64,000 nucleotides of DNA, taken from the NCBI GenBank assembly GCA_964291675.2, contig OZ219866.1:2112001-2176000 (forward strand), given 5' to 3'. Each line of letters opens with the position of its first letter. The stretch's first letter is position 1. Below, in pieces: positions 40,139 through 49,513 of the stretch. Both the position numbers and the translations under genes were made by a program. The DNA comes from Alphaproteobacteria bacterium (GTDB taxonomy: Bacteria > Pseudomonadota > Alphaproteobacteria > MPNO01). Under the pieces are notes generated by a model. That model saw only the letters and a program-made list of their open reading frames with translations. It was not told the DNA's origin and ran no database searches.

Positions 40139-41917
40139 ATGGGACGACCCATCGCCGAGGCCGCAGGCGGCCGCGGATTGCGAAGATCGCTGCTGAGGCG
40201 CGGCGTCGGCGCCGTCGACGGCGGAGAATGGGCGCTCGGCGTCGTCGCCGGGACCGTCGCCCTGTTCATCCTGCTCCTGATGGCGATCGTCGTCTGGATG
40301 AGCACGCTGCCGGGCCTGCCCGGCGATCCCGGCTTCACCTTCGAGAACTACGCCGACGTGTTCGAGGACGGGGTGATCTTCGATGCGCTGATCAACAGCT
40401 TCCTGATCGGTATCGGCACGGTCGCCGTCAACATGCTGTTCGCCGTTCCGCTCGCCTGGCTGGTCCACCGCACCGACATGCCCGGCAAGCCCCTGGTCGT
40501 CACCCTGGTCGCGATCAGCGTCCTGATCCCCGGCTTTCTCAAGGCGATGGGCTGGATCCTGGTGCTGAGCCCCGATATCGGCTTGCTCAACAGCCTCTAT
40601 GTCGAGCTCACCGGCGCGGCGGAGGCGCCGTTCACGATCTATGGCATCGGCGGGGTGGTGTTCATCCAGGGGCTGATGCTGACGCCCGCCATGTTCTTCC
40701 TGATCTCGGGCAGCATGATCGCGCTCGACCCCGCGCTGGAAGAGGCCGCCCAGATGTCGGGCGCCGGCCGCTGGACGACCATCGCGCGGGTGAGCTTCCC
40801 GCTGATCCGCCCGGCCGTCATCGCCGGGCTGATCTACAACTTCATGACCGCGGTCACGCTGTACGAGATCGCGGCGTTGCTGCTGGACGAGGGTACGGCG
40901 GTCCTGTCCACCGAGCTCTTCCTCTATGTCCGGTCGGCCGGCGGCTCGATCGAGCTCGGCTATGCCGCGGTGTACGGTGTCATCATGATGGCCTTCGCCG
41001 TCTTCGCGCTCTGGTTCTACGGCCGCGCGATCCGCAAGGCGCACCGCTTCGCCGTGGTCACCGGCAAGGGATACCGCCCCAGGCTGGCGGTCCTCGGACG
41101 CTGGCATTGGGCGGCCATCGGCTTCGTTGCGGTCTATGTCGCGCTGTCGGAGCTGCTGCCGCTGGCGATGCTGGTCTGGATTTCGCTGCTGCCCGCGCTC
41201 ACCCAGTTTTCGGTGGAAGCCCTCGGCCAAGTCTCCTTCGCCACCTATGGCGACATCTGGGGACAGCTCGGCGGGTGGGAGCCGCTGGTGAACACCGTCG
41301 TCATGATCACCGCGACGCCCGCCCTGGTGGTCGGCTGCTCGCTGGTAATGTCCTACGTCACCGTGCGGTCCCGACTCCCGGGAAGGCAGCTGATCGATAC
41401 CGCGGCGATGTTGCCGCATGTCATTCCCGGGATCGCCTTCGCCTTCGCGCTGATCGTGTTCGGGATCGCGCTCAGCCGTTTCGCCGGGATCCAGCTCTCC
41501 GGCACCATGGCGATGATCGTCGCCGCGCTGGTGGTCTACCGCATCCCCTACTGCACGCGGGTGACCAACGCCGCGCTGTTGCAGATTCATGCCGAGATCG
41601 AGGAGGCCGCCCGCATGTGCGGCGCCGGCACGATCCAGATCCTGCTGCGTATCGCGGTGCCCTTGATCAAGTCGTCGCTGGCCTACGCGGCGCTGTGGAT
41701 CGCGCTCCTGGTGCTCCGCGAAGTCACCATCCCGCTGATGCTGGCGAGCCCCGACAACATTGTCCTGTCGGTCCGCATATGGACGCTGTGGGAGACCGGC
41801 CAGTACGGTGCGGCATCCGCGCTCGGCGTGGTGATGTTCGGGGTATCGGGTGCGGTCCTGCTCGGCATCCAGCGGATCTTCCGGGCGCAGGGGCTGTTCG
41901 AGACGCGGGGCAATTGA
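40139..41917 (+). CDS. Fused double-domain ABC permease (FbpB-like)
   Basis: Two EAA loops (LEEAAQMSGA, IEEAARMCGA); start approximate. Confidence 0.88.
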   Translation: MGRPIAEAAGGRGLRRSLLRRGVGAVDGGEWALGVVAGTVALFILLLMAIVVWMSTLPGLPGDPGFTFENYADVFEDGVIFDALINSFLIGIGTVAVNMLFAVPLAWLVHRTDMPGKPLVVTLVAISVLIPGFLKAMGWILVLSPDIGLLNSLYVELTGAAEAPFTIYGIGGVVFIQGLMLTPAMFFLISGSMIALDPALEEAAQMSGAGRWTTIARVSFPLIRPAVIAGLIYNFMTAVTLYEIAALLLDEGTAVLSTELFLYVRSAGGSIELGYAAVYGVIMMAFAVFALWFYGRAIRKAHRFAVVTGKGYRPRLAVLGRWHWAAIGFVAVYVALSELLPLAMLVWISLLPALTQFSVEALGQVSFATYGDIWGQLGGWEPLVNTVVMITATPALVVGCSLVMSYVTVRSRLPGRQLIDTAAMLPHVIPGIAFAFALIVFGIALSRFAGIQLSGTMAMIVAALVVYRIPYCTRVTNAALLQIHAEIEEAARMCGAGTIQILLRIAVPLIKSSLAYAALWIALLVLREVTIPLMLASPDNIVLSVRIWTLWETGQYGAASALGVVMFGVSGAVLLGIQRIFRAQGLFETRGN

Positions 41918-41918
41918 G

Positions 41919-43031
41919 GTGCTGGAAGTCAGCGGCCTCTACAAGAGCTTCGAGACCGCCGGCGGCGGGGTGACCGCGGTGGACGGCGTGACGTTCTCCG
42001 TCGCCGCCGGTCAGGCCTTCACGCTGCTCGGCCCGTCGGGCTGCGGCAAGACGACGGCGCTCAGATGCATCGCGGGTCTCGAACGTCCAGCCGCGGGCAG
42101 CGTGAGGCTCGACGGGGCGGCGCTGTTCGACGCCGATTCCGGCATCTTCGTGCCGCCCGACAGGCGCGGCATCGGCATGGTCTTCCAGTCCTACGCCATC
42201 TGGCCGCATATGAACGTGTTCGACAATGTGGGCTTTCCCCTGCGCATCGGAAGGCGGCCGCGCGCCGAGATCCGCGACCGGGTGGGCTGGGCGCTCGACA
42301 TGGTGCAGCTCGGCGGCTTCGCGGAGCGCGACTCGACGCAGCTCTCGGGCGGCCAGCAGCAACGCCTCGCCGTCGCCCGGGCCCTGGTGCAGGAGCCCAG
42401 GCTGCTGCTGCTCGACGAGCCGCTCTCGAACCTCGACGCCAAGCTGCGCGAGGAGATGCGCGACGAGCTCAAGCGGCTGCAAGCCGCGCTCGAGCTCACC
42501 ATGCTCTACGTCACCCACGACCAGGCCGAGGCGATCGTGCTGTCCGACCGGATCGCGGTGATGAGCGAGGGGCGCATTCTTCAGGAAGGTCCGCCGCGCG
42601 AGATCTACCGGCGGCCCCGGTCCCCGTTCGTCGCCGGCTTCGTCGGCAGCAGCAACCTGCTCGAAGGCGTCGTGACGGAGAGCCTGGGCGAAGGGCGGTT
42701 CCGGGTCGAGACGGCGTGCGGATCGGTATGCGCGATTTCGACCGCCGCGCTGCGCCGCGACGAGGGGGTGCTGGTCTCGCTGAGGCCGGAGCTCATCCAT
42801 CTCACCGCCACGCGCCCGGCCGGCGATGCCGACGGGACGGTGTGGGAGGTCACCGTCGAGGGGAGCAGGTTCTTGGGCGATTCCACCTATTACGACGTGA
42901 CGTGCGGAGGCAGGCCGCTCCGGGTGCGCGCCGGCCCCCATGCCGGCTTCGACCCCGGCGGCCGGGCATTCGCGGCGATCGCCGCGGCCGACTGCGTGTG
43001 CGTCCGAACGGGAGACGGGGATCATGGATGA
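41919..43031 (+). CDS. ABC ATP-binding protein (FbpC/PotA-like)
   Basis: GPSGCGKT, LSGGQQQR, LLDEPLSNLD, VTHDQ. Confidence 0.93.
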   Translation: MLEVSGLYKSFETAGGGVTAVDGVTFSVAAGQAFTLLGPSGCGKTTALRCIAGLERPAAGSVRLDGAALFDADSGIFVPPDRRGIGMVFQSYAIWPHMNVFDNVGFPLRIGRRPRAEIRDRVGWALDMVQLGGFAERDSTQLSGGQQQRLAVARALVQEPRLLLLDEPLSNLDAKLREEMRDELKRLQAALELTMLYVTHDQAEAIVLSDRIAVMSEGRILQEGPPREIYRRPRSPFVAGFVGSSNLLEGVVTESLGEGRFRVETACGSVCAISTAALRRDEGVLVSLRPELIHLTATRPAGDADGTVWEVTVEGSRFLGDSTYYDVTCGGRPLRVRAGPHAGFDPGGRAFAAIAAADCVCVRTGDGDHG

Positions 43032-43455
43032 AGACCGGCGGCGCGCGATCGAGTGGGACTGCACGCGGACGCTGACCGGCTTCATCAACGCCCTCGATGC
43101 CGGAGACTACGAGACCATGGCCGGGCTGATGGCCGAGACCGGCGTCTGGGTACGGCCGGGGGGCGATGCTGTCGGACCGTCGGGATTGCTCGAAGCCATG
43201 CGGAACCGGCCGCGCGACCTGATCGTCCGGCATGTCATCTCGAACGTCCTGATCGAGGTGATCGACGAGGACAACGCGACCGGCATCGCCTATCTGACGG
43301 TGTACCGCCACAACGGTGCGCCGCCGGAAAACGGACCGGCACCCCTCGCCGGGGTCCATATGGTCGGCGTCTCGTACAACCGCCTGGTGCGCGAGCCCGG
43401 CGGCTGGAGAATCGCCGAGAAGCGAACCAGCCGGACTTTCGATGCGGAGGTCTGA
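43024..43455 (+). CDS. SnoaL/NTF2-like protein
   Basis: RHVISN, DEDNATG..YL, GWRIAE. Confidence 0.8.
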   Translation: MDEDRRRAIEWDCTRTLTGFINALDAGDYETMAGLMAETGVWVRPGGDAVGPSGLLEAMRNRPRDLIVRHVISNVLIEVIDEDNATGIAYLTVYRHNGAPPENGPAPLAGVHMVGVSYNRLVREPGGWRIAEKRTSRTFDAEV

Positions 43456-43523
43456 AGCCCGCTGGACCGTTTCGGCGGTCGGGGCCGGCCTCGGGCGCAT
43501 CGCGCGGCACGCAGGCCCATCGC

Positions 43524-44525
43524 CTAGTAGGGAAGAACCCTGCCGACGCCCTCGCGGCGGGCCTTTGCCACGAGCATCGCCGCCAGGGCGATATCGGAGA
43601 TCGCCTGGCCGCGGTGCCAGAAGAGAATCGTTTCGGCATCGCTCTCGCGCCCGGGCCGGTCGCCGTTGACGATCTGGCCGATCTCGGCGTGCAGGGTCTC
43701 CCGGGTGAGCGAGCCGCTGTCGACATGGTGGCGCAGCGCGCCGAACGGTCCCGCGTGAGCGTGCGACCAGGTATCGACGACGACCTTGTCGAAGACGTCG
43801 AGGAACCGGTCCTCCAGCGCGCTCTGGGTGCCGTAGGGGATGACCAGCGATCCGGGCTTGACCCATTCCGACCTGAACAGCGGTTCGGGCCGCACAAGCC
43901 GCGTCGCCTCGACGACCACATCGGCGCCGCGGATCGCCTCTTCCCAGCTCGCGCAGGCGACGACCCTGGCCTTGGTCTCTCCCGCCAGGCGCGCGGCCAG
44001 CGCCTCGCGGCTCTCCGCGCGGCGGGAATGGATGCGGATCTCCTCGAAGGCGAACAGGGCGGCGATCAGCCGTACGTTCCAGTAGGAGCTGCCGCGCGCG
44101 CCGATATTGGCGAGAACCCTGGGCGCACGGGGCGCGAGATGCCGGGCGCCGGTCGCCGAGACCGCGCCGGTACGCATGTCGGTGATGTGGGACGCATCGA
44201 CGATTGCCACCGGCACGCCGGACTCCGGGCGCATCAGGAGGATAAACCCGAGCTCCGAGGCCAGACCCGCCTTGTAGTTGGGCACGAAGTCGCCGACCAC
44301 CTTGAAGCCCGCAAGGTCGAGAGGCGCCAGATAGCCGGCCAAAATGTTGAAGTGGCCCTGGTTGGTGGGATCGTGACGCAGATTGGCGCGCGGATTCTGG
44401 ACGTACTCCCCTTTGCCCTGAGCCGCGAAGGCCAGCTCCGCCGCCTCGACGATCTCGGAGTCCTCTATCCCGATCCGGCTGACATCGTCCCGGTCGAGAT
44501 AAAGCACCTCCAGCGCTTCGCTCAT
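43524..44525 (-). CDS. Ornithine cyclodeaminase/mu-crystallin family protein
   Basis: GFKVVGDF..NY, ITDMRTGA, IGARGS, ADVVVEAT, GRESDAE. Confidence 0.9.
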   Translation of the reverse strand: MSEALEVLYLDRDDVSRIGIEDSEIVEAAELAFAAQGKGEYVQNPRANLRHDPTNQGHFNILAGYLAPLDLAGFKVVGDFVPNYKAGLASELGFILLMRPESGVPVAIVDASHITDMRTGAVSATGARHLAPRAPRVLANIGARGSSYWNVRLIAALFAFEEIRIHSRRAESREALAARLAGETKARVVACASWEEAIRGADVVVEATRLVRPEPLFRSEWVKPGSLVIPYGTQSALEDRFLDVFDKVVVDTWSHAHAGPFGALRHHVDSGSLTRETLHAEIGQIVNGDRPGRESDAETILFWHRGQAISDIALAAMLVAKARREGVGRVLPY

Positions 44526-44718
44526 GTGGCAGGCATCTCCGTTCGCGCAAGGTGACGCGGGGCGGGACGGCATGGCCGTTGCGCGGCTCGGGCCGGAGGA
44601 TGGCACGGCGATTGCGCACCGTCCATGCATGCCTAAGATGATGGGGCAAAGGGCCTGTTCCTCGGAAATCGATGGCGGCATGGTCCGCACCCGGACAAAC
44701 AGAGGAGGCTTGCCGACA

Positions 44719-45681
44719 ATGCGCATCGCACCGATTTCGCTCGCCCTTGCCGCCGCCGTTGCGACGGCCGCGGCCGCCGCGCCGGCGCTCGCCGAATACC
44801 CGGAAAAACCCGTTCAGATCGTCGTGCCGTTCGGCGCCGGCGACGCGCTGGATACCAGCGGTCGGGTGATCGCCAAGCGGCTCAAGGACCGGTTCGGCGT
44901 CCCCTTCCTGGTCAAGAACATCCCGGGCGCCGGCGGCGGCAAGGGAACCGCCGAAGCCAACAAGGCCGCGCGCGACGGCTACACGCTGCTGATGGGATCC
45001 ACCGGCGCCCTTACCGCGCGTCCGTTGATCTCCAAGCCCGGCTACGTGACCGCCGATTTCGTGCCCATCGCCCAGCTCGTCGAGGTGCCGATCGGACTGG
45101 CCGTGGCGGCCGACAGCCCGTTCCGCTCGGTCAAGGACATCGTAGCGGCCGCCAAGGCCAAGCCCGGCGGCATCAAGTATGCCACGCCGGGGCCGGGGGC
45201 GACGCAGCACATCAACATGGAGATCTTCGCCAAGAATAACGGGATCGAGATGACCCATATCGGCGGTCGCGGCGGCAAGGGCGCGGTCACCAAGACGCTC
45301 TCGGGCGAGGTCGATTTCGTCTTCGTCGGCGCCCCCAACTACACCGCCCTCGCCAAGGCCGGCAAGCTCAGGGTGATCGGCCTCGCCGCGCCCCGGCGGG
45401 TCGCCTACCTCCCGGATACGCCCACCTTCCGCGAGCAGGGCTACGCGTTCGACGTGGCCGTCTGGTTCGGCCTGTTGACCCATCGGGGCGCGCCCGCCGG
45501 AATCGTCGCCAAGCTGCGCAAGGCGGTGGCCGAAATCGCCGCCGATCCCGAGACCAGGGCGCTCTACAAGAAGGTCAATCTCAACGAGGCCTTTCTCGGC
45601 GGCGACGACTTCCAGAAGCGCATCGACGCCAATGTGGCCAAGCACAAGGTGGTGCTCAAGGATATCGGCCTGATGAAATAG
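44719..45681 (+). CDS. tctC: Tripartite tricarboxylate transporter substrate-binding protein (TctC/Bug)
   Basis: YPEKPV.IVVPFGAG, N.PGAGG, DGYTLL. Confidence 0.92.
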   Translation: MRIAPISLALAAAVATAAAAAPALAEYPEKPVQIVVPFGAGDALDTSGRVIAKRLKDRFGVPFLVKNIPGAGGGKGTAEANKAARDGYTLLMGSTGALTARPLISKPGYVTADFVPIAQLVEVPIGLAVAADSPFRSVKDIVAAAKAKPGGIKYATPGPGATQHINMEIFAKNNGIEMTHIGGRGGKGAVTKTLSGEVDFVFVGAPNYTALAKAGKLRVIGLAAPRRVAYLPDTPTFREQGYAFDVAVWFGLLTHRGAPAGIVAKLRKAVAEIAADPETRALYKKVNLNEAFLGGDDFQKRIDANVAKHKVVLKDIGLMK

Positions 45682-45692
45682 GGCCGCCATCG

Positions 45693-46127
45693 TTGCGGGC
45701 CGACCGCGTCATCGGGCTGGCGGTCGCCGCTTCCGGTCTCGCGCTGGGCTGGGCCGCCTCGGGGGTGGAGACCCTCGCCCAACAGACCACGCTCAGCGCG
45801 CGGTTCTTTCCGATGCTGCTCGCCGCCGTGCTGTTGCTGTCGGGGCTGGGCATCGCCGCGCGCCCGGGCGAACGGGGCCTGATCGACGTCGTGGCGCCGC
45901 TATGCAGCTCCCGGGTGCTGACTTTCGGGGGCGCCTTCCTGCTCTACGCGCTGACTTTCCGCTATGTCGACTTCCGCCTGGGCACGGCGCTCTTCATGGC
46001 TGTCGCGCTGTGGAGCCTGGGCAGCCGCAGGCCGGTGGAGCTGATCGGTTTGCCGATCGCGGTCGCAATCGGCGTCTGGGCCGTTTTCCGCCATGGCTTC
46101 ACCGTTCTGCTGCCGGTCTGGGGCTGA
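45693..46127 (+). CDS. tctB: TctB small membrane subunit
   Basis: Four TM segments, RFFP, terminal LP; lies between tctC and tctA. Confidence 0.78.
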   Translation: MRADRVIGLAVAASGLALGWAASGVETLAQQTTLSARFFPMLLAAVLLLSGLGIAARPGERGLIDVVAPLCSSRVLTFGGAFLLYALTFRYVDFRLGTALFMAVALWSLGSRRPVELIGLPIAVAIGVWAVFRHGFTVLLPVWG

Positions 46128-46129
46128 GG

Positions 46130-47620
46130 GTGGATTTTCTCGGCTTCGAGCTTCTGGCCGGCGCGGTCTCGACGGTGCTGCGGCCCGACGTGCTCGCGGT
46201 CGTCCTGCTCGGCGTTCTGGCCGGGCTGCTGTTCGGTGCCGCCCCGGGCCTGACGGCGACCGCCGGCGTTGCCATCGCGACGCCGCTCACCTTCGGCGCC
46301 AGCTTCGAGCTGGCCATGGCGCTGCTGCTCGGGCTCTACTGCGCCGGGTATTTCGCCGGCTCCATCCCGGCGATCCTGATCAACACGCCGGGCGCCCCGG
46401 GCAACGCGGCGACCGCGCTCTCCGGCTACCGGCTGGCGCAGGCGGGCCGGGCCGATGTCGCGCTCTCGCTCGCCATCGTGTGCTCGGTCATCGGCGGCGT
46501 CTTCTCGCTTCTCGTGTTGATGGCGGCGGCACCCTGGCTCGCCGGCTTCGCGCTGGAATTCACCGCCGTCGAGTACTGCGTGCTCGGCCTGTTCGGCCTG
46601 ATGTGCGTCGCCGCGGTCTCGGGCGGCGCATTGACCAAGGGCATCGTCGCCGCGGCTTTCGGAATGACGCTCGGCACGGTCGGCATCGACGAGGTCGGCG
46701 GCATTCCCCGGTTCATGCTCGGCATGCCGGAGCTTCAGGCAGGGGTCGCGCTGATCCCGGCGTTGATCGGCTTTTTCGCCGTGGGCGAGATGCTCTCCCA
46801 GGCCGCCAAGCGAAGCGGCGGCGATGCGGCCGCCGTGCCGCGCCAGGCGAAGTTCCCGTTGATCCAGCTGCCGGGCCTGCTGGGGCGCAATCTGGGGCTG
46901 CTGCTGCGCAGCGCCGGGCTGGGCACGGCAATCGGCGTGCTGCCCGGCACCGGGCCGACGATCGCCTCGTGGATCGCCTATGGCGGCATCGGCGAGAAGG
47001 GCGACCGCGACGTTCGCGGCGTCATCGCGTCCGAATCGGCCAACAACGCCGTCACCGGCGGCGCGCTGGTGCCGTTGCTGACGCTGGGCATACCGGGCGA
47101 CACGGTGACCGCGGTGCTGATCGGCGCGCTGCTGATCCAGGGCATCGAGCCCGGCCCCTTCTTCATCGTGGAACACTCCCACCTGTTCGCCCAGATCCTG
47201 ATGATCCTGCTGGTCTCGGCGGCGATGATCCTGGTCCTCGGGCTGGTTGCCCGGCGGGCGTTGTGGCTGGTGCTGCTCTGTCCGCCGCGCATCCTGCTGC
47301 CGGTCGTCGGGGTGCTCTCGGCGACCGGGACCTTCGCCATCGGCCATGCGCCGTTCGAGGTCGGGCTCGCCGCCGTCCTCGGGCTGATCGGCTTCTGCCT
47401 CGGCCGGTTCGGCTTCCCCGCCGCGCCGATCGTCATCGGCCTTGTGCTCGGCCCGATCGTCGAGGTCAATCTGCGCAATGCGCTGGTCGCCAACGACATG
47501 GATTTCTCCGTCTTCCTCACCCGGCCGATCAGCGCGACGCTGATCGCCGCCCTGCTGGCGCTGCTCGCCTGGCGGGGCTGGCGTGCGTTCGGAGACAGGA
47601 TCGCGCGGCGCGGGCCGTGA
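46130..47620 (+). CDS. tctA: TctA large membrane subunit
   Basis: GAAPGLTA, ILINTPGAP, ESANNA..GG.LVPLLTLGIPG. Confidence 0.92.
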   Translation: MDFLGFELLAGAVSTVLRPDVLAVVLLGVLAGLLFGAAPGLTATAGVAIATPLTFGASFELAMALLLGLYCAGYFAGSIPAILINTPGAPGNAATALSGYRLAQAGRADVALSLAIVCSVIGGVFSLLVLMAAAPWLAGFALEFTAVEYCVLGLFGLMCVAAVSGGALTKGIVAAAFGMTLGTVGIDEVGGIPRFMLGMPELQAGVALIPALIGFFAVGEMLSQAAKRSGGDAAAVPRQAKFPLIQLPGLLGRNLGLLLRSAGLGTAIGVLPGTGPTIASWIAYGGIGEKGDRDVRGVIASESANNAVTGGALVPLLTLGIPGDTVTAVLIGALLIQGIEPGPFFIVEHSHLFAQILMILLVSAAMILVLGLVARRALWLVLLCPPRILLPVVGVLSATGTFAIGHAPFEVGLAAVLGLIGFCLGRFGFPAAPIVIGLVLGPIVEVNLRNALVANDMDFSVFLTRPISATLIAALLALLAWRGWRAFGDRIARRGP

Positions 47621-47639
47621 CCCTGGCGGGAAATGCGGG
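47617..47639 (-). repeat. Dispersed repeat, partial copy D (intron-target motif)
   Basis: Reverse complement CCCGCATTTCCCG|CCAGGGTCAC matches the reconstructed intron site GCATTTCTCA|CCAGGGTCAT. Confidence 0.6.
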
Positions 47640-47708
47640 TCGGGGCGACGCCCGGCCCACCGCGGCGGAGGCTTTCCCGCGAAGCAGCGGCGCTGCCGCC
47701 GCAACGGA

Positions 47709-47738
47709 TTGACACCGTTGTTCCAATTGCAGTGTCAA
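47709..47738. promoter_or_regulatory. Inverted repeat upstream of the hutU-like gene (candidate operator / -35)
   Basis: TTGACAC-N16-GTGTCAA. Confidence 0.4.
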
Positions 47739-47818
47739 ACCCGGACAATGGGATCCCGCACGGCCGCCCGTGCCCGGCGCCGGATTGCGGGTGTTGTATG
47801 CCGAGGAGATGCGATCCC

Positions 47819-49477
47819 ATGCGACCTGCGCCCAACGCCCCCGTGCGCGCGCCCCGCGGAACCGAGCTCCACACCAAGGGATGGCCGCAGGAGGCGGCCT
47901 ATCGCCTGCTGATGAACAATCTGGAGGTGGCGGAAGACTGGCGGCGGCTGATCGTCTATGGCGGCCGTGGCAAGGCGGCCCGGGACTGGGAGTCCTACTA
48001 CCGGATCGTCGAGACCCTGGAGGAGCTGGAGAGCGACGAGACGCTGGTCGTACAGTCGGGCAAGCCCGTCGCCGTCTGGAAGACCCATGAGTGGTCGCCC
48101 CGGGTGCTGATCTCCAACGCCATGCTGGTGCCGTACTGGAGCACGCTCGAGCACTTCAACGAGCTCGAGGCCAAGGGCTTGACGATGTACGGGCAGATGA
48201 CCGCCGGGTCGTGGTGCAATATCGGCTCGCAGGGGATCGTCCAGGGCACCTACGAGACCTTCGCGACGGCGGCCAAGATGAGGTTCGGCGGCACGCTCAA
48301 GGGCCGCATCACCATCACCGGCGGTCTCGGCATGTTCAGCGGGATCATGCCGCATTGCATCAGGCTGAACGGCGGGGTGAGCATCGGCGTCGAGATCGAC
48401 CCAGAGCGCATCCAGCGCCGCATCGAGCTCGGCTTCGTCGACGAGATGCTCACCGACCCCGACGAGGCTTACCGGCTGGCCCGGAGCTGCGCGGAGCGGG
48501 GCGAGGCGCGGGCGATCGCGGTGCTCGGCAACATGTCCGACGTGCTCGGCGACTTCCTCGAGAAGGGCACCCATTTCGACATCGTCACCGACCAGACCTC
48601 GGCGCACGACATGCTGGAAGGCTACGTGCCGGGCGGCATGTCGCTGGCGGAGGCGCTCGACCTGCGCAAGTCCGCCCCGGACGAATATATCGGCCTCGCC
48701 CGGGCGAGCGCGGTCAGGCAGGTGCGCGCCATGGTCGAGTACCAGCGCCGCGGCGCGCTGGTGTTCGACTACGGCAACAACATCCGTCAGGAGGCCTACA
48801 ACGCCGGCTACAAGGACGCCTTCGCCTTTCCCGGGTTCGTCGAGGCGTTCATCCGCCCGCTGTTCTGCGTCGGCCGCGGGCCGTTCCGCTGGATCTGCCT
48901 GTCGGGCGAGGAGAGCGATTTGCGCAAGACCGAGGAGGTCGCGCTCGGCGAGTTCGCCGACGACGAGGTGTTCGCCAACTGGGTGCGGATCGCATCGGAG
49001 CACCAGCCGATCGAGGGGCTGCCGGCGCGGCTGGGCTATCTCGGCTTCGGCCAGCGCGCCCGGTTCGGCAAGCTGCTCAACGACATGGTGCGCTCGGGCG
49101 AGCTCGCCGGACCGGTGGCGATGAGCCGCGACCATCTCGATACCGGATCGGTCGCATCGCCCAACCGGGAGACCGAGCGCATGCGGGACGGCAGCGACGC
49201 CGTCGCGGACTGGCCGATCCTCAACGCGATGCTCAACGTCGCCTGCGGCGCGACCTATGTCGCGGTCCATAACGGCGGCGGCGTCGGGGTCGGCTACGCT
49301 ACCCATGCGGGCCTGGTCATGGTGGCCGACGGCACCGACCTCGCCGAACGGAAGATCGAGCGCTGCCTGACCGTCGATCCCGGATCGGGTGTGGTCCGGC
49401 ATGCCGATGCGGGCTACGAGACGGCGATCCAGCTGGCCCGCAGCGCGGGCATCCGCATGCCGATGCTGGGCGCCTGA
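47819..49477 (+). CDS. hutU: Urocanate hydratase family protein (divergent)
   Basis: LIVYGGRGKAAR, QSGKPV, YGQMTAGSW, DIVTDQTSAHD, FDYGNNIR, RDHLD.GSVASPNRETE, RHADAGY; AGGAG RBS. Confidence 0.92.
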   Translation: MRPAPNAPVRAPRGTELHTKGWPQEAAYRLLMNNLEVAEDWRRLIVYGGRGKAARDWESYYRIVETLEELESDETLVVQSGKPVAVWKTHEWSPRVLISNAMLVPYWSTLEHFNELEAKGLTMYGQMTAGSWCNIGSQGIVQGTYETFATAAKMRFGGTLKGRITITGGLGMFSGIMPHCIRLNGGVSIGVEIDPERIQRRIELGFVDEMLTDPDEAYRLARSCAERGEARAIAVLGNMSDVLGDFLEKGTHFDIVTDQTSAHDMLEGYVPGGMSLAEALDLRKSAPDEYIGLARASAVRQVRAMVEYQRRGALVFDYGNNIRQEAYNAGYKDAFAFPGFVEAFIRPLFCVGRGPFRWICLSGEESDLRKTEEVALGEFADDEVFANWVRIASEHQPIEGLPARLGYLGFGQRARFGKLLNDMVRSGELAGPVAMSRDHLDTGSVASPNRETERMRDGSDAVADWPILNAMLNVACGATYVAVHNGGGVGVGYATHAGLVMVADGTDLAERKIERCLTVDPGSGVVRHADAGYETAIQLARSAGIRMPMLGA

Positions 49478-49513
49478 GTCGCCGGCGGAAGCGGGAAGCC
49501 CGACCCGCGCGAC

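Noticed and set aside
44526-44726. Overlapping divergent N-terminal extensions of the OCD and TctC ORFs
   Set aside because: This is the divergent promoter region; better starts are at 44525 and 44719
42850-45690. 946-aa minus-strand ORF and other long antisense ORFs (17001-18974, 20727-22436, 45962-47704, 47735-49402)
   Set aside because: Shadow frames of genuine genes caused by GC3 bias; no recognisable motifs
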